Shown piece after piece: positions 1-8,566 of a DNA stretch of 64,000 nucleotides (position 1 is the stretch's first letter; every line of letters starts with the position of its first letter). Under the pieces are notes generated by a model that did no database searches, was not told the DNA's origin, and was given only the letters and a program-made list of their open reading frames with translations. The translations under genes were made by a program, and so were the position numbers. The stretch lies in NCBI GenBank assembly GCA_964529675.1, contig CAZGXT010000001.1:4337-68336 (forward strand), written 5' to 3'. The DNA is from an uncultured Caulobacterales bacterium (GTDB taxonomy: Bacteria; Pseudomonadota; Alphaproteobacteria; Caulobacterales; Parvularculaceae).

Positions 1-225
1 CGCGATGATGTTGACGGCGCAAAGGCGCGCTGCGGCGACGCCCTCATCAAGGGTAAGCGACGCGCCAAGCTTTCCCCGGACGACGCCGGAGGGCCCATTC
101 GAGATCTGCCCGGAAACAAATAGAAGTGCGCCCGCTTGCACAAAGGGCACGTAATTGGCGACCGGCGCGTTCGGCGCTGGCAAGGTGATGCCGAGTTTCT
201 CCAGTCGCCGTTCAACTTGTCCCAT
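1..225 (-). CDS. RidA/YjgF (YER057c/UK114) family protein, 3' end truncated by window edge
   Basis: Not in ORF track. Manual minus-strand translation from ATG at 225 gives MGQVERRLEKLGITLPAPNAPVANYVPFVQAGALLFVSGQI...AARLCAVNIIA, with the typical 'P.ANY.P....G.LLFVSGQ' motif. Overlaps the dinB stop by 14 nt. Confidence 0.88.
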   Translation of the reverse strand, partial: MGQVERRLEKLGITLPAPNAPVANYVPFVQAGALLFVSGQISNGPSGVVRGKLGASLTLDEGVAAARLCAVNIIA

Positions 226-1543
226 CGCGGTCCACCTTCGCTCCAGCTGCGTTCGATCGTCCGAGTTTTGCCGCATGACTGCGCCCCAATGCAATCGCGT
301 CGTCGCCGTATCGCCGGCGGATCTTGTCGATCGCTTCTTCCTCCTTGCGAAGGCGCTCGGTCTGGTCCGCGAAAAGAAGCGGCTGCTTTTCGGCGCCGGC
401 CGGCTCAAGGGCGGAATAACCGGCGCCGATCAGGCTATAGGCGGCGCGCCCGGCTTCAGCGGCGAGCAGCGGCTGCACCGCATCGAAGAGGACGCGGGCG
501 AGGTTTGAGGGCTCGGCCAGCTGGCGGCTTCTGGAGATCACGGCAAACGCAGCGGTCTTCAGCTTCAGCGTGGCCGTCCGGCCAGCAAGGCCTTTTTCCT
601 TCATGCGGGACGCCGTGCGTTCGCACAGCGTCCACAAGATAGCTTCCAGGTCGACCCTGTCCGAGATGTCGGCATTGAAGGTTGTTTCCGAGGAAACGCT
701 CTTTGTTTCGCGTTCAGGCCGTACGAGACGCGCATCGTGGCCGCGCGCAAGGTCTGCAAGGCGCGCGCCCACGTCGCCATAACGACTGCGCAAGAACGCC
801 GCGTCGGCGCGTTGAAGATCTCCGATTGTTCGGTAACCGTCCTGCGCCAGCCTTGTGGCGAAGACCGCGCCGACGCCTGAGATCGCCGTCACCGGCATGG
901 GCTTCAGGACAGCTTCCGCCTCCTTAGCGCCGATCACCGAAAATCCTTCCGGCTTGTCGAAGTCGGAAGCGAGCTTTGCGAGAAACCTGTTGGCGCTGAG
1001 GCCGATGGAGACAGTAATTCCGATCTCATTCTTGATGTCCCGCTGAAGCGCGTGAAGCGTTTCCGCGGGCGAACGCTTGTGAAGCCGCTCGGTCCCTGCA
1101 AGGTCGAGGACCGCCTCATCGATGGAAAGCGGCTCGACGAGCGGCGTCGCTTGTTCCATCAGCAACCGAACGGCGCGCGCCGCGTCAGCGTACTTTGCGA
1201 AATTCGGCTTGACGACCACGGCGTCGGGGCACGCCTTTAACGCCTTGAACATCGGCATCGCCGAGCGCACGCCGAAGGTCCGCGCGACATAGCAGGCTGT
1301 GGTGACGACCCCGCGCGCCCCGCCCCCGACAATCACCGGCCTGTCAGCAAGGCTTGGGTCGTCGCGTTTTTCGATCGCCGCGAAAAAGGCGTCGCAGTCT
1401 AGATGGGCGATGGAAAGGATGTGGAGCTCTGGATGGGCGATGATTCGCCGCCCGCCGCAGCTTGGGCAAGCCGCACCAGGCTCGGCCTCAAATCGGCGGC
1501 CGCAGAGCCGGCAGAGCGCTGGTTTACCAAGTTTCTGGGCCAT
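212..1543 (-). CDS. dinB: DNA polymerase IV (Y-family) with N-terminal CxxC..CxxC segment
   Basis: HLDCDAFFAAIE, ACYVARTFGVRSAMP, SIDEAVLD and LAKLASD motifs; C-terminal little-finger region (KSVSSETTF). Confidence 0.95.
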   Translation of the reverse strand: MAQKLGKPALCRLCGRRFEAEPGAACPSCGGRRIIAHPELHILSIAHLDCDAFFAAIEKRDDPSLADRPVIVGGGARGVVTTACYVARTFGVRSAMPMFKALKACPDAVVVKPNFAKYADAARAVRLLMEQATPLVEPLSIDEAVLDLAGTERLHKRSPAETLHALQRDIKNEIGITVSIGLSANRFLAKLASDFDKPEGFSVIGAKEAEAVLKPMPVTAISGVGAVFATRLAQDGYRTIGDLQRADAAFLRSRYGDVGARLADLARGHDARLVRPERETKSVSSETTFNADISDRVDLEAILWTLCERTASRMKEKGLAGRTATLKLKTAAFAVISRSRQLAEPSNLARVLFDAVQPLLAAEAGRAAYSLIGAGYSALEPAGAEKQPLLFADQTERLRKEEEAIDKIRRRYGDDAIALGRSHAAKLGRSNAAGAKVDRDGTS

Positions 1544-1589
1544 AAGCTGCCTGGATCGTGGGGCGGCCGGCCTGAACCTGCCGCACCGA

Positions 1590-1605
1590 TAAACAATCGA
1601 TTAAC
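1590..1605 (+). promoter_or_regulatory. Putative CtrA binding site upstream of divK
   Basis: TAAA-caatcga-TTAAC matches TTAA-N7-TTAAC with one mismatch, in an AT-rich patch. divK is a known CtrA target in Caulobacter. Confidence 0.65.
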
Positions 1606-1658
1606 ACCTTGCCTGCGATACTAACGAGATCGGTTACCATCAGGCGTTTAGGTTTCAC

Positions 1659-2066
1659 ATGCTGAGTATGGCGGCAATGGAGAAGAACGGCCCCAAAGCG
1701 CTCGCGAAGACCGTTCTCGTCGTCGAGGACAATGAGTTGAACATGAAGCTGTTCAACGATCTTCTCGAAGCGCATGGCTACGCCGTCCTGCAGGCCCGGA
1801 CCGGCCCGGAAGCGCTGGCCGCAGCGCGCCGCCGAAGACCGGACCTGATCCTAATGGATATCCAGCTGCCGGAAATTTCCGGCCTGCAGGTCACGCAAGA
1901 GATTCTTAAGGATCCTGAACTCGCAGACGTTCCCGTCATCGCGGTCACCGCTTTCGCCATGAAAGGCGACGAGGAACGGATACGGGCAGGGGGGTGCCGC
2001 GACTATATTTCGAAACCGATTTCCGTCGTCTCCTTTCTTGAGAAAGTGAAAAGGTATTTGGATTAG
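1659..2066 (+). CDS. divK: Single-domain response regulator DivK (start may be a downstream ATG)
   Basis: [51 protein letters not shown]; directly upstream of pleD. Confidence 0.95.
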   Translation: MLSMAAMEKNGPKALAKTVLVVEDNELNMKLFNDLLEAHGYAVLQARTGPEALAAARRRRPDLILMDIQLPEISGLQVTQEILKDPELADVPVIAVTAFAMKGDEERIRAGGCRDYISKPISVVSFLEKVKRYLD

Positions 2067-2106
2067 CCTTAATCCCTGACCCTTTTTGGAAGTCGGCGGA
2101 GTACCG

Positions 2107-3489
2107 ATGACGGCGCGCGTTTTGGTCGTCGACGACCTCGAGCCCAACGTAAAGCTGCTCGAAGCGAAACTCCGCGCGGAGTATTTCGACGTCATCGGGG
2201 CGTATTCGGGCCGGGAAGCGATCGACAGGGCGAAAACCGACCAGCCCGACATCATCCTTCTCGACGTGATGATGCCCGGCATGGACGGCTTCGAGGCCTG
2301 CCGGATCATCAAGACCTCGCCTGAGACCGCTCATATCCCGATTGTGATGGTGACGGCGCTCGATCAGCAACAGGATCGCGTTGCGGGACTGAAGGCGGGC
2401 GCCGACGACTTTCTGACGAAGCCGGTTGAGGACGTCGCCCTGTTCGCGCGCGTGCGAAGCTTGACGCGCCTCAAGATGATGACTGACGAACTGCGCATGC
2501 GGTATGCAACCGGCAAGAGCATGGGCGTCGTCGCCGATCTCGATCTCGAAAGCGCTGACGAATCCCAGAAGCCGCGACTCTTTCTGATCGACGACCAGGC
2601 TGACCAGGCGGACCGCATCAAGACGCTGCTCGGCGATGCCTACGAGGTGGCGATCGAGACCGACGCCGAGGTGGCGTTGAGTCGCACGAAATCAGGCGAT
2701 TTCGACCTCGTCATCGTAAACATGTCGATTGAGGCGACTGACCCCTTGCGGCTTTGCTCGTCAATCAGAACCTTCGAGGAGACGCGCCTTACGCCGCTTC
2801 TTGCGATCGTTCGGCAAGGCGATACGCGAAAGCTCGTGCGCGCGCTCGACATAGGGGTGACCGACTATCTTTCGCGGCCCGTCGATCGCAACGAATTGAC
2901 GGCGCGCGTGACGACGCAGTTGCGCCGCAAGCGATATATCGACCGGCTGCGATCTACCTTCGAGGCGAGCCTTGAGATGGCGGTCACCGACCAGCTCACC
3001 GGGCTTTACAATCGCCGCTACCTCGCGAGCCATCTGTCCGCGATGTTTGATCGTGCGTTCTGGACCGGACGGCAGCTCGCTCTGATGATCCTCGATATCG
3101 ATCACTTCAAGCGCATCAACGACACCCACGGCCACGACATCGGCGACAAGGTCATTCAGGAGATCGCCGAGCGCATCAAGAATTCAGTCCGCGGCATCGA
3201 TCTGGCCTGCCGCTACGGCGGCGAAGAGTTCCTTGTCGCCATGCCGGACACAGACCAGGCGTTCGCCAATATCGTCGCTGAGCGCCTTCGCAACGAAATT
3301 GCGCACCATAAAATTTCTATCAACGGCGGGCGTGATGACCTGTCAGTGACCGTGTCGATCGGCCTTTCCTCAACAGAGGAGGGACCGAAAGACGACTCCG
3401 CCCAGAAGCTGATCAAACGGGCTGACGAAGCGCTCTACGTCGCGAAAAAAGGCGGGCGCAATCGCGTCATCAACAGCGCGGCGGCCTGA
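2107..3489 (+). CDS. pleD: PleD diguanylate cyclase (REC-REC-GGDEF)
   Basis: MTARVLVVDD start, second REC-like domain, RGID I-site and intact RYGGEEF active site. Confidence 0.96.
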   Translation: MTARVLVVDDLEPNVKLLEAKLRAEYFDVIGAYSGREAIDRAKTDQPDIILLDVMMPGMDGFEACRIIKTSPETAHIPIVMVTALDQQQDRVAGLKAGADDFLTKPVEDVALFARVRSLTRLKMMTDELRMRYATGKSMGVVADLDLESADESQKPRLFLIDDQADQADRIKTLLGDAYEVAIETDAEVALSRTKSGDFDLVIVNMSIEATDPLRLCSSIRTFEETRLTPLLAIVRQGDTRKLVRALDIGVTDYLSRPVDRNELTARVTTQLRRKRYIDRLRSTFEASLEMAVTDQLTGLYNRRYLASHLSAMFDRAFWTGRQLALMILDIDHFKRINDTHGHDIGDKVIQEIAERIKNSVRGIDLACRYGGEEFLVAMPDTDQAFANIVAERLRNEIAHHKISINGGRDDLSVTVSIGLSSTEEGPKDDSAQKLIKRADEALYVAKKGGRNRVINSAAA

Positions 3490-3500
3490 CCCCGGGAAGC

Positions 3501-3523
3501 AAAGGCCGCCCGTTAGGGCGGCC
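3501..3523 (-). terminator. Rho-independent terminator between convergent pleD and rpmG
   Basis: GGCCGCCC-gtta-GGGCGGCC 8-bp stem; AAA at 3501-3503 gives a short U-tract on the minus strand. Confidence 0.6.
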
Positions 3524-3547
3524 GCGCAAGACAAGCGGCAAAGCGCC

Positions 3548-3715
3548 TTACTTGATCTTGCCTTCCTTGAACTCGACGTGCTTTTTCGCGACCGGATCGT
3601 ACTTCTTCAGCACGAGCTTTTCCGTCATCGTCCGGGAATTCTTTTTGGTGACGTAGAAGAAACCGGTGTCTGCGGTTGAGTTCAGGCGAATCTTGACCGT
3701 GGTCGGCTTGGCCAT
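3548..3715 (-). CDS. rpmG: 50S ribosomal protein L33 (Zn-free type)
   Basis: Below the ORF-track cutoff. Manual translation: [55 protein letters not shown] (55 aa). Confidence 0.97.
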   Translation of the reverse strand: MAKPTTVKIRLNSTADTGFFYVTKKNSRTMTEKLVLKKYDPVAKKHVEFKEGKIK

Positions 3716-3772
3716 CGTGAATGCTCCGGTATTCCGGCGACCGCCGGTCGGGGGGTTAAATTCGAGGCGCGG

Positions 3773-3800
3773 ACCATAGCTTCGCGCTTCGCCCTGTCAA
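3773..3800 (-). promoter_or_regulatory. Putative sigma70-type promoter of rpmG
   Basis: Minus strand TTGACA-N16-TATGGT. Confidence 0.55.
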
Positions 3801-3826
3801 GGCGAAATGGGCCCCAAATCAACCAT

Positions 3827-4300
3827 CTAAACAAACTGCACGCGGCCGATTTCGTAAGATCGCGCGCCGCCAGGGGCCGAAACTTCGACCGTATCGCCTT
3901 TCTTCTTGCCGATAAGGGCCCGGGCGATCGGCGAGGAGATCGAAATCTTCCCGGATTTCACGTCCGCCTCGAAGTCGCCGACGATCTGCCACGTCTTTTT
4001 CTGCTCGGTTTCTTCGTCGATCAGAACGACAGTCGCTCCGAATTTCACCGTATCGCCGGCAAGCTTGCCCACATCGATGACTTCGGCCCGGGAGAATTTG
4101 TCCTCAAATTCAAGAATTTGGCCCTCGATCCAGGCCTGACGCTCCTTGGCGGCGTGGTATTCGGCGTTCTCAGAAAGGTCGCCATGCGCGCGGGCCTCCG
4201 AAATCGCCTGAATGACGGCCGGGCGCTCCACGTTCTTCAGTCGCTTCAGTTCCTCCTCAAGGCGGGAGTAACCGGCGGCGGTCATCGGCACTTTTTCCAT
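3827..4300 (-). CDS. greA: Transcription elongation factor GreA
   Basis: [18 protein letters not shown] and [14 protein letters not shown] motifs. Confidence 0.97.
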   Translation of the reverse strand: MEKVPMTAAGYSRLEEELKRLKNVERPAVIQAISEARAHGDLSENAEYHAAKERQAWIEGQILEFEDKFSRAEVIDVGKLAGDTVKFGATVVLIDEETEQKKTWQIVGDFEADVKSGKISISSPIARALIGKKKGDTVEVSAPGGARSYEIGRVQFV

Positions 4301-4335
4301 GGCGCTTATCCTGAAGGCTGGCCCATAAGAACGGT

Positions 4336-4364
4336 TCGGCCGCCTGCAAGTTGCAGACGGCCGA
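4336..4364 (-). promoter_or_regulatory. Long hairpin in greA 5' leader (possible attenuator/pause)
   Basis: Minus strand TCGGCCGTCTGCAA-C-TTGCAGGCGGCCGA. The single mismatch is a U-G wobble only on the minus (greA) strand. Confidence 0.5.
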
Positions 4365-4381
4365 TGCCCCTCTGAGGGACA

Positions 4382-4410
4382 AAATAGGGGCCATCGCGGG
4401 CCGCTTCAAG
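4382..4410 (-). promoter_or_regulatory. Putative greA promoter (RpoH-like or sigma70)
   Basis: Minus strand CTTG-N18-CCTATTT, resembling the alphaproteobacterial RpoH consensus CTTG-N17/18-CYTATNT. Confidence 0.45.
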
Positions 4411-4412
4411 CT

Positions 4413-6488
4413 TTACCAGATGCGAACCCGGTCTTCCGGCGCGAGGTAAAGATCGTCTTCCGGGCCGACGCCGAACGCCTCGTACCAGGCATCAAGGTTC
4501 CGGACGACGCCGTTGATGCGGTAATAAGGCGGGCTGTGCGGGTCAGTCTCGAGCCGCTGGCGTAATTCGTCGTCGCGATACTTGCCCTGCCAGACCTGCG
4601 CCCAGGCGAGAAAGAACCGCTGGTCGCCTGTCAGGCCGTCAATGACGGGCGCGACGCCGCCTGAGGTCTGGTCGAGAAAGCGGTGATACGCGGCGTACGC
4701 CATTTGCAGCCCGCCAAGATCGCCGATATTCTCGCCCATCGTCAGCTCGCCCGATATCCGGGCGCCCGGCAATGGCTCATAGGCGTCATATTGCGCGCCG
4801 AGCTTGTCGGTCTTCTGCTTGAACGCGGCGTTCGCAGCTTCCGTCCACCAGTTGCGGATGCGGCCTTTCTCATCGAACTCGCGGCCCTGATCGTCGAAGC
4901 CGTGACCGATCTCGTGTCCGATTACCGCGCCTATCGCGCCATAGTTCACCGCCGGGTCCGCGTTCGGATCGAAGAACGGCGGCTGGAGAATGCCCGCCGG
5001 GAAGGTGATCTGGTTGAGAAGCGGATTGTAGGACGCGTTGACGGTCTGCGGCGGGTAGGGCCACTTTTCGCGATCGACCGGCTTGCCGAGCTCTTTCACC
5101 TGATCGCGCCAGCCGAACTCCGCGAGCGCAAGCGCATTGTCTAAAAGATCCTCGCCGATCTCGAGGCTCGAATAATCCGTCCACTTCGTCGTGTAGCCGA
5201 TCTTCGGCTCGAAAGTGGAAAGCTTCAGGAGCGCCTGCTCGCGGGTCGCCGCATCCATCCACTCGTTATTCTCAAGGCGCTCTCGGAAGGCGTCGATGAG
5301 GTTTTTGACGAGCGCATCCATGGCCGCCTTGTTCGCCGGCGGGAAATGGCGATCGACATATATTTGTCCAACCGCTTCGCCGAGTGAGGCGTCGATCTGA
5401 TTGATGCCGCGTTTCCAGCGTTCGCGCTGCTCGGGAATGCCGCGAAGCGTCTTGGAAAAAAATTCGAAGTTTGCGCTGTCGAACTCCGCCGACAGATACT
5501 GGGCGTTGGCGTTAATGAAGTGAAAGGCGAGCCAGTCCCTTAAAAAGTCCGGATCGGCGGCGGCGAACAGCTCCGCTTCCTTGTCGATCGCGGAGGGCTG
5601 CGCGACGAGATAAGTCGGCACGGACGCTAGGCCGAGATTGTCGAACATCAGCGCCCAATTCATTTCGGGCGCCAGCGCTGCAAGCTGCGCCGCCGTCATC
5701 GGGTTATAGATTTTCTGAATGTTGCGGCTGTCTTCCTGCGTCCAGTGAACTTCGGCGATCTTCGTCTCGAACGCGAGGATCGCGTCGGCCTTCGCCGCTC
5801 CGCCTTCGATGCCGGCGAGATCGAATATCTTCCCGATATAAGCGCGATAAGCGTCCCGATATTCTGGGAACTTCCCGTCCGTCTTGAGGTAATAATCCCT
5901 ATCAGGAAGACCTATGCCGGCTTGCCCCACAAACGCGATATAGCGCGTCGTGTCTGCGGGGTCGGGAATGATGCCGAAACCGGCTGGGCCCTGGTGATGG
6001 ATGCTGCCGAACAGCTTCATCAGATCATCGCGGGAGGCGGCCGCGTAAATCTTGTCGAGGTGCGGCTTTAACGGCGCAGCGCCGAGCGCGTTCGCTTTGT
6101 CGGCGTCCATCCAGGACCTGAAATATCCGCCGACCTTCTGTTCCAGCGATCCGGGTTCGGATGATTTCGAAGCTACTTCTTCGACGATCGTCTTGACGTC
6201 GCCTTCGGCGTCGAGGCGGAGCTTGGTGAAGGAGACAAATCCCGCCAGGTCTGCGGGGATCTCGAACGTGTCGAGCCATTTGCCGTTGGCGTAGCGGGCG
6301 AAATCATCGCCCGGGCGAACCGCGGGATCTCCCTGAGAGGTATCGACGCCCCAGGTTCCATAAGCGGTTTTCGGGGCCTCGGCGACGGCTTCCGGCCTGT
6401 CCGCTTCAGGCTTCTTCGAGCAGGCGCTGATGGCGCCCGCGGCAATGAGTGCGGCGATCGCCGCAGAGAATTTCAATGTGTTCTTCAT
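4413..6488 (-). CDS. M13 family zinc metallopeptidase (PepO/neprilysin-like), lipoprotein
   Basis: Lipobox ISAC; VNASY, HEIGH zinc motif, ENIGD and DPHSP motifs. Confidence 0.93.
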   Translation of the reverse strand: MKNTLKFSAAIAALIAAGAISACSKKPEADRPEAVAEAPKTAYGTWGVDTSQGDPAVRPGDDFARYANGKWLDTFEIPADLAGFVSFTKLRLDAEGDVKTIVEEVASKSSEPGSLEQKVGGYFRSWMDADKANALGAAPLKPHLDKIYAAASRDDLMKLFGSIHHQGPAGFGIIPDPADTTRYIAFVGQAGIGLPDRDYYLKTDGKFPEYRDAYRAYIGKIFDLAGIEGGAAKADAILAFETKIAEVHWTQEDSRNIQKIYNPMTAAQLAALAPEMNWALMFDNLGLASVPTYLVAQPSAIDKEAELFAAADPDFLRDWLAFHFINANAQYLSAEFDSANFEFFSKTLRGIPEQRERWKRGINQIDASLGEAVGQIYVDRHFPPANKAAMDALVKNLIDAFRERLENNEWMDAATREQALLKLSTFEPKIGYTTKWTDYSSLEIGEDLLDNALALAEFGWRDQVKELGKPVDREKWPYPPQTVNASYNPLLNQITFPAGILQPPFFDPNADPAVNYGAIGAVIGHEIGHGFDDQGREFDEKGRIRNWWTEAANAAFKQKTDKLGAQYDAYEPLPGARISGELTMGENIGDLGGLQMAYAAYHRFLDQTSGGVAPVIDGLTGDQRFFLAWAQVWQGKYRDDELRQRLETDPHSPPYYRINGVVRNLDAWYEAFGVGPEDDLYLAPEDRVRIW

Positions 6489-6614
6489 AGCAGCCCCTGC
6501 AATTGACGAAAAAACGACCCGGACCCTAATCCGCCTTGGTCAACCTGTATTCCCCACCCAATCCGCGACCGCCTCGGCCCGCCGCGCCTTCGAGGCGCCT
6601 GGTCGAAAGATCGC

Positions 6615-7565
6615 TCAAGCCGCTTTTTTCTGCTGCAGTGACGTATCGAGATCAGCGATCGCCTTTGTGAGATCGCTCTTTCGAACCGCCGCGACCTCGC
6701 GCGCCAGCCTGTCAAGCGCCGCTTCGAAGAGCTGCCTTTCAGAATAGCTCTGCTCAGGTTGGTCAGTCGCGCGATAGAGATCGCGCACGACCTCTGCGAC
6801 CGCCAGAATATCGCCTGAGTTTATCTTTGCTTCGTACTCCTGGGCGCGACGGCTCCACATGGTGCGTTTGATGCGGGCGCGCCCTTTAAGAAGATCGATC
6901 GCCTTTTTGACCTGCGCTTCATCGGAAAGGCCCCGCATGCCGACGCTGATCGCCTTCGCAGTCGGCACCTTGAGCTTGAGCTTTTCCTGATCGAAATCGA
7001 TCACGAAGAGCTCATTCACAATCCCTGCGATGTGCTGCTTTTCGATCGCCACAATGCGGCCGACGCCATGCGCCGGATAGACAATGCTGTCATTGACCCG
7101 GAAGGTCTGCTTAGCCTCTTTCGAGGCCGGCGAGGCTTTCAGGGTGGCGGATGCTGCGGCGTCCTGATCGCGCGGCGTCGTAATGAAAGTCGGCGGCGCG
7201 ATCGGTTGATCCGATCGTTCCGAGCGCGGCTTCTGGCCGACATTCAGCTTTTTCTTCGGCGGCTCCTTGACGAGCGGTTTCGACGATTTTGCGGCCGTAA
7301 CAGGTTTCGCATTCTTCGATTCTGCGACCGGTTTCGCGGCTGGCTTCGCCGGCTTGGCGGCGGCGGATGCCTTTGCCGGGGCCGGCTTTGCCGCCGCCTT
7401 TCCAGCGAGTTTGGACGGGGCTTTCGAAGCCGCCGGTCTGGCCGGCGCCTTGGCCGGCGCTGACTTCTGCTTGGCGACCTTCGCGGGAGGCGCCTTGGTC
7501 GACTTTGCTGGGCCTTTTGCGGGAGATTTCTTCTGCGCCTTGTGGGCGGCGGGCTTGGTCGCCAT
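6615..7565 (-). CDS. carD: CarD/CdnL family RNA-polymerase-binding regulator with ~150-aa Lys/Ala/Pro-rich N-terminal extension
   Basis: C-terminal half has IVYPAHGVG and RTMWSRRAQEYEAKINSG...QSYSERQLFEAA; downstream of fdxA as in other alphaproteobacteria. Start ATG 7565 (or 7583/7586). Confidence 0.9.
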   Translation of the reverse strand: MATKPAAHKAQKKSPAKGPAKSTKAPPAKVAKQKSAPAKAPARPAASKAPSKLAGKAAAKPAPAKASAAAKPAKPAAKPVAESKNAKPVTAAKSSKPLVKEPPKKKLNVGQKPRSERSDQPIAPPTFITTPRDQDAAASATLKASPASKEAKQTFRVNDSIVYPAHGVGRIVAIEKQHIAGIVNELFVIDFDQEKLKLKVPTAKAISVGMRGLSDEAQVKKAIDLLKGRARIKRTMWSRRAQEYEAKINSGDILAVAEVVRDLYRATDQPEQSYSERQLFEAALDRLAREVAAVRKSDLTKAIADLDTSLQQKKAA

Positions 7566-7863
7566 GGTCAGCTCTGGATCCATCAATACGGTGCATTCAG
7601 AGGTCAGCCCCGCGAATCACAGTCCAACCTCGTCGTAGGAAGGACCTCACTCGCAGCGCTTACCCTCAAGCACTTGCGCTCGATCAGCTAAGGCCTAACC
7701 TTTAAATTTCAAGAGGTTAGAGCCAGACTTTCGAGCGCGTTACGAACGCGGGCTGCAAGACCCAACGTCCTCGCGCTTTTCGTGCAAGAAATTAGCACAA
7801 ATTTCGCGGCGCCGCCATGGCGACCGGTCAGCGCGCCCGCGGAAGACGCGACCAGGCTTCGAA

Positions 7864-8202
7864 TCAGGACCCTGATCCGGGTTTCGCGCTGAAGTATTTC
7901 TCAAGCTTGCCCGTCTCCTTCGCAAAGGCGTCAGCGTCAGGAGCAGGATCGGTTTTCTCGGTGATATTCGGCCACTCGGCAGAATATTTGGCGTTGAGCT
8001 CAGTCCACTTGCCGTCGCTGTCGTCGGTGTCGGGGATAATCGCTTCAACGGGGCATTCGGGCTCACAGACCCCGCAATCGATGCACTCGTCCGGGTTGAT
8101 GACGAGCATGTTTTCGCCTTCGTAAAAGCAGTCGACCGGACAGACTTCGACGCAATCGGTGTACTTGCACCGGATACAGGCGTCGGTGACCACGTAGGTC
8201 AT
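7864..8202 (-). CDS. fdxA: 7Fe-type ferredoxin FdxA
   Basis: [17 protein letters not shown] and [12 protein letters not shown] Cys motifs. Confidence 0.95.
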   Translation of the reverse strand: MTYVVTDACIRCKYTDCVEVCPVDCFYEGENMLVINPDECIDCGVCEPECPVEAIIPDTDDSDGKWTELNAKYSAEWPNITEKTDPAPDADAFAKETGKLEKYFSAKPGSGS

Positions 8203-8278
8203 GGCAGGAACTCCTGATTAAAAAGCAACGCTTTTTCGCCGGTCCGACGCGGGCTGGCAAGCGCTACGACCGCCGACC

Positions 8279-8566
8279 TCATAGTTGATCAATCCGTTTC
8301 ATCAGCAGAGCGGCCCCGGCCGGCGATGGGCGCCGCTCGGCAAAGCCCATCACGCGAACGATCATGAGGCTGTCCCCAAGAGCGAACGCGATTTCATCGC
8401 CTTCCTTGAGCGTGAAACCCGGTTTCTCCACTCGCTGAGCCTTTTGATGGCGCGTGAGGCGGACGCTGCTTTGCTCGACAAAATCGGACGCCGCGCGGCG
8501 GGTCCGGAAGAGACGCGCGCACCAGAGCCATTTATCAAGTCGCTGCGCCCCGCGCCCTGCCGTCAC
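8279..8566 (-). CDS. RNA-binding S4 domain protein (Hsp15-like)
   Basis: RLDKWLWCARLFRTR signature; ATGA overlap with helicase stop. Confidence 0.88.
   Translation of the reverse strand: MTAGRGAQRLDKWLWCARLFRTRRAASDFVEQSSVRLTRHQKAQRVEKPGFTLKEGDEIAFALGDSLMIVRVMGFAERRPSPAGAALLMKRIDQL

Noticed and set aside
1435-1543. CxxC..CxxC N-terminal segment on DinB as a novelty
   Set aside because: Commonly present in alphaproteobacterial Pol IV, so not unusual.
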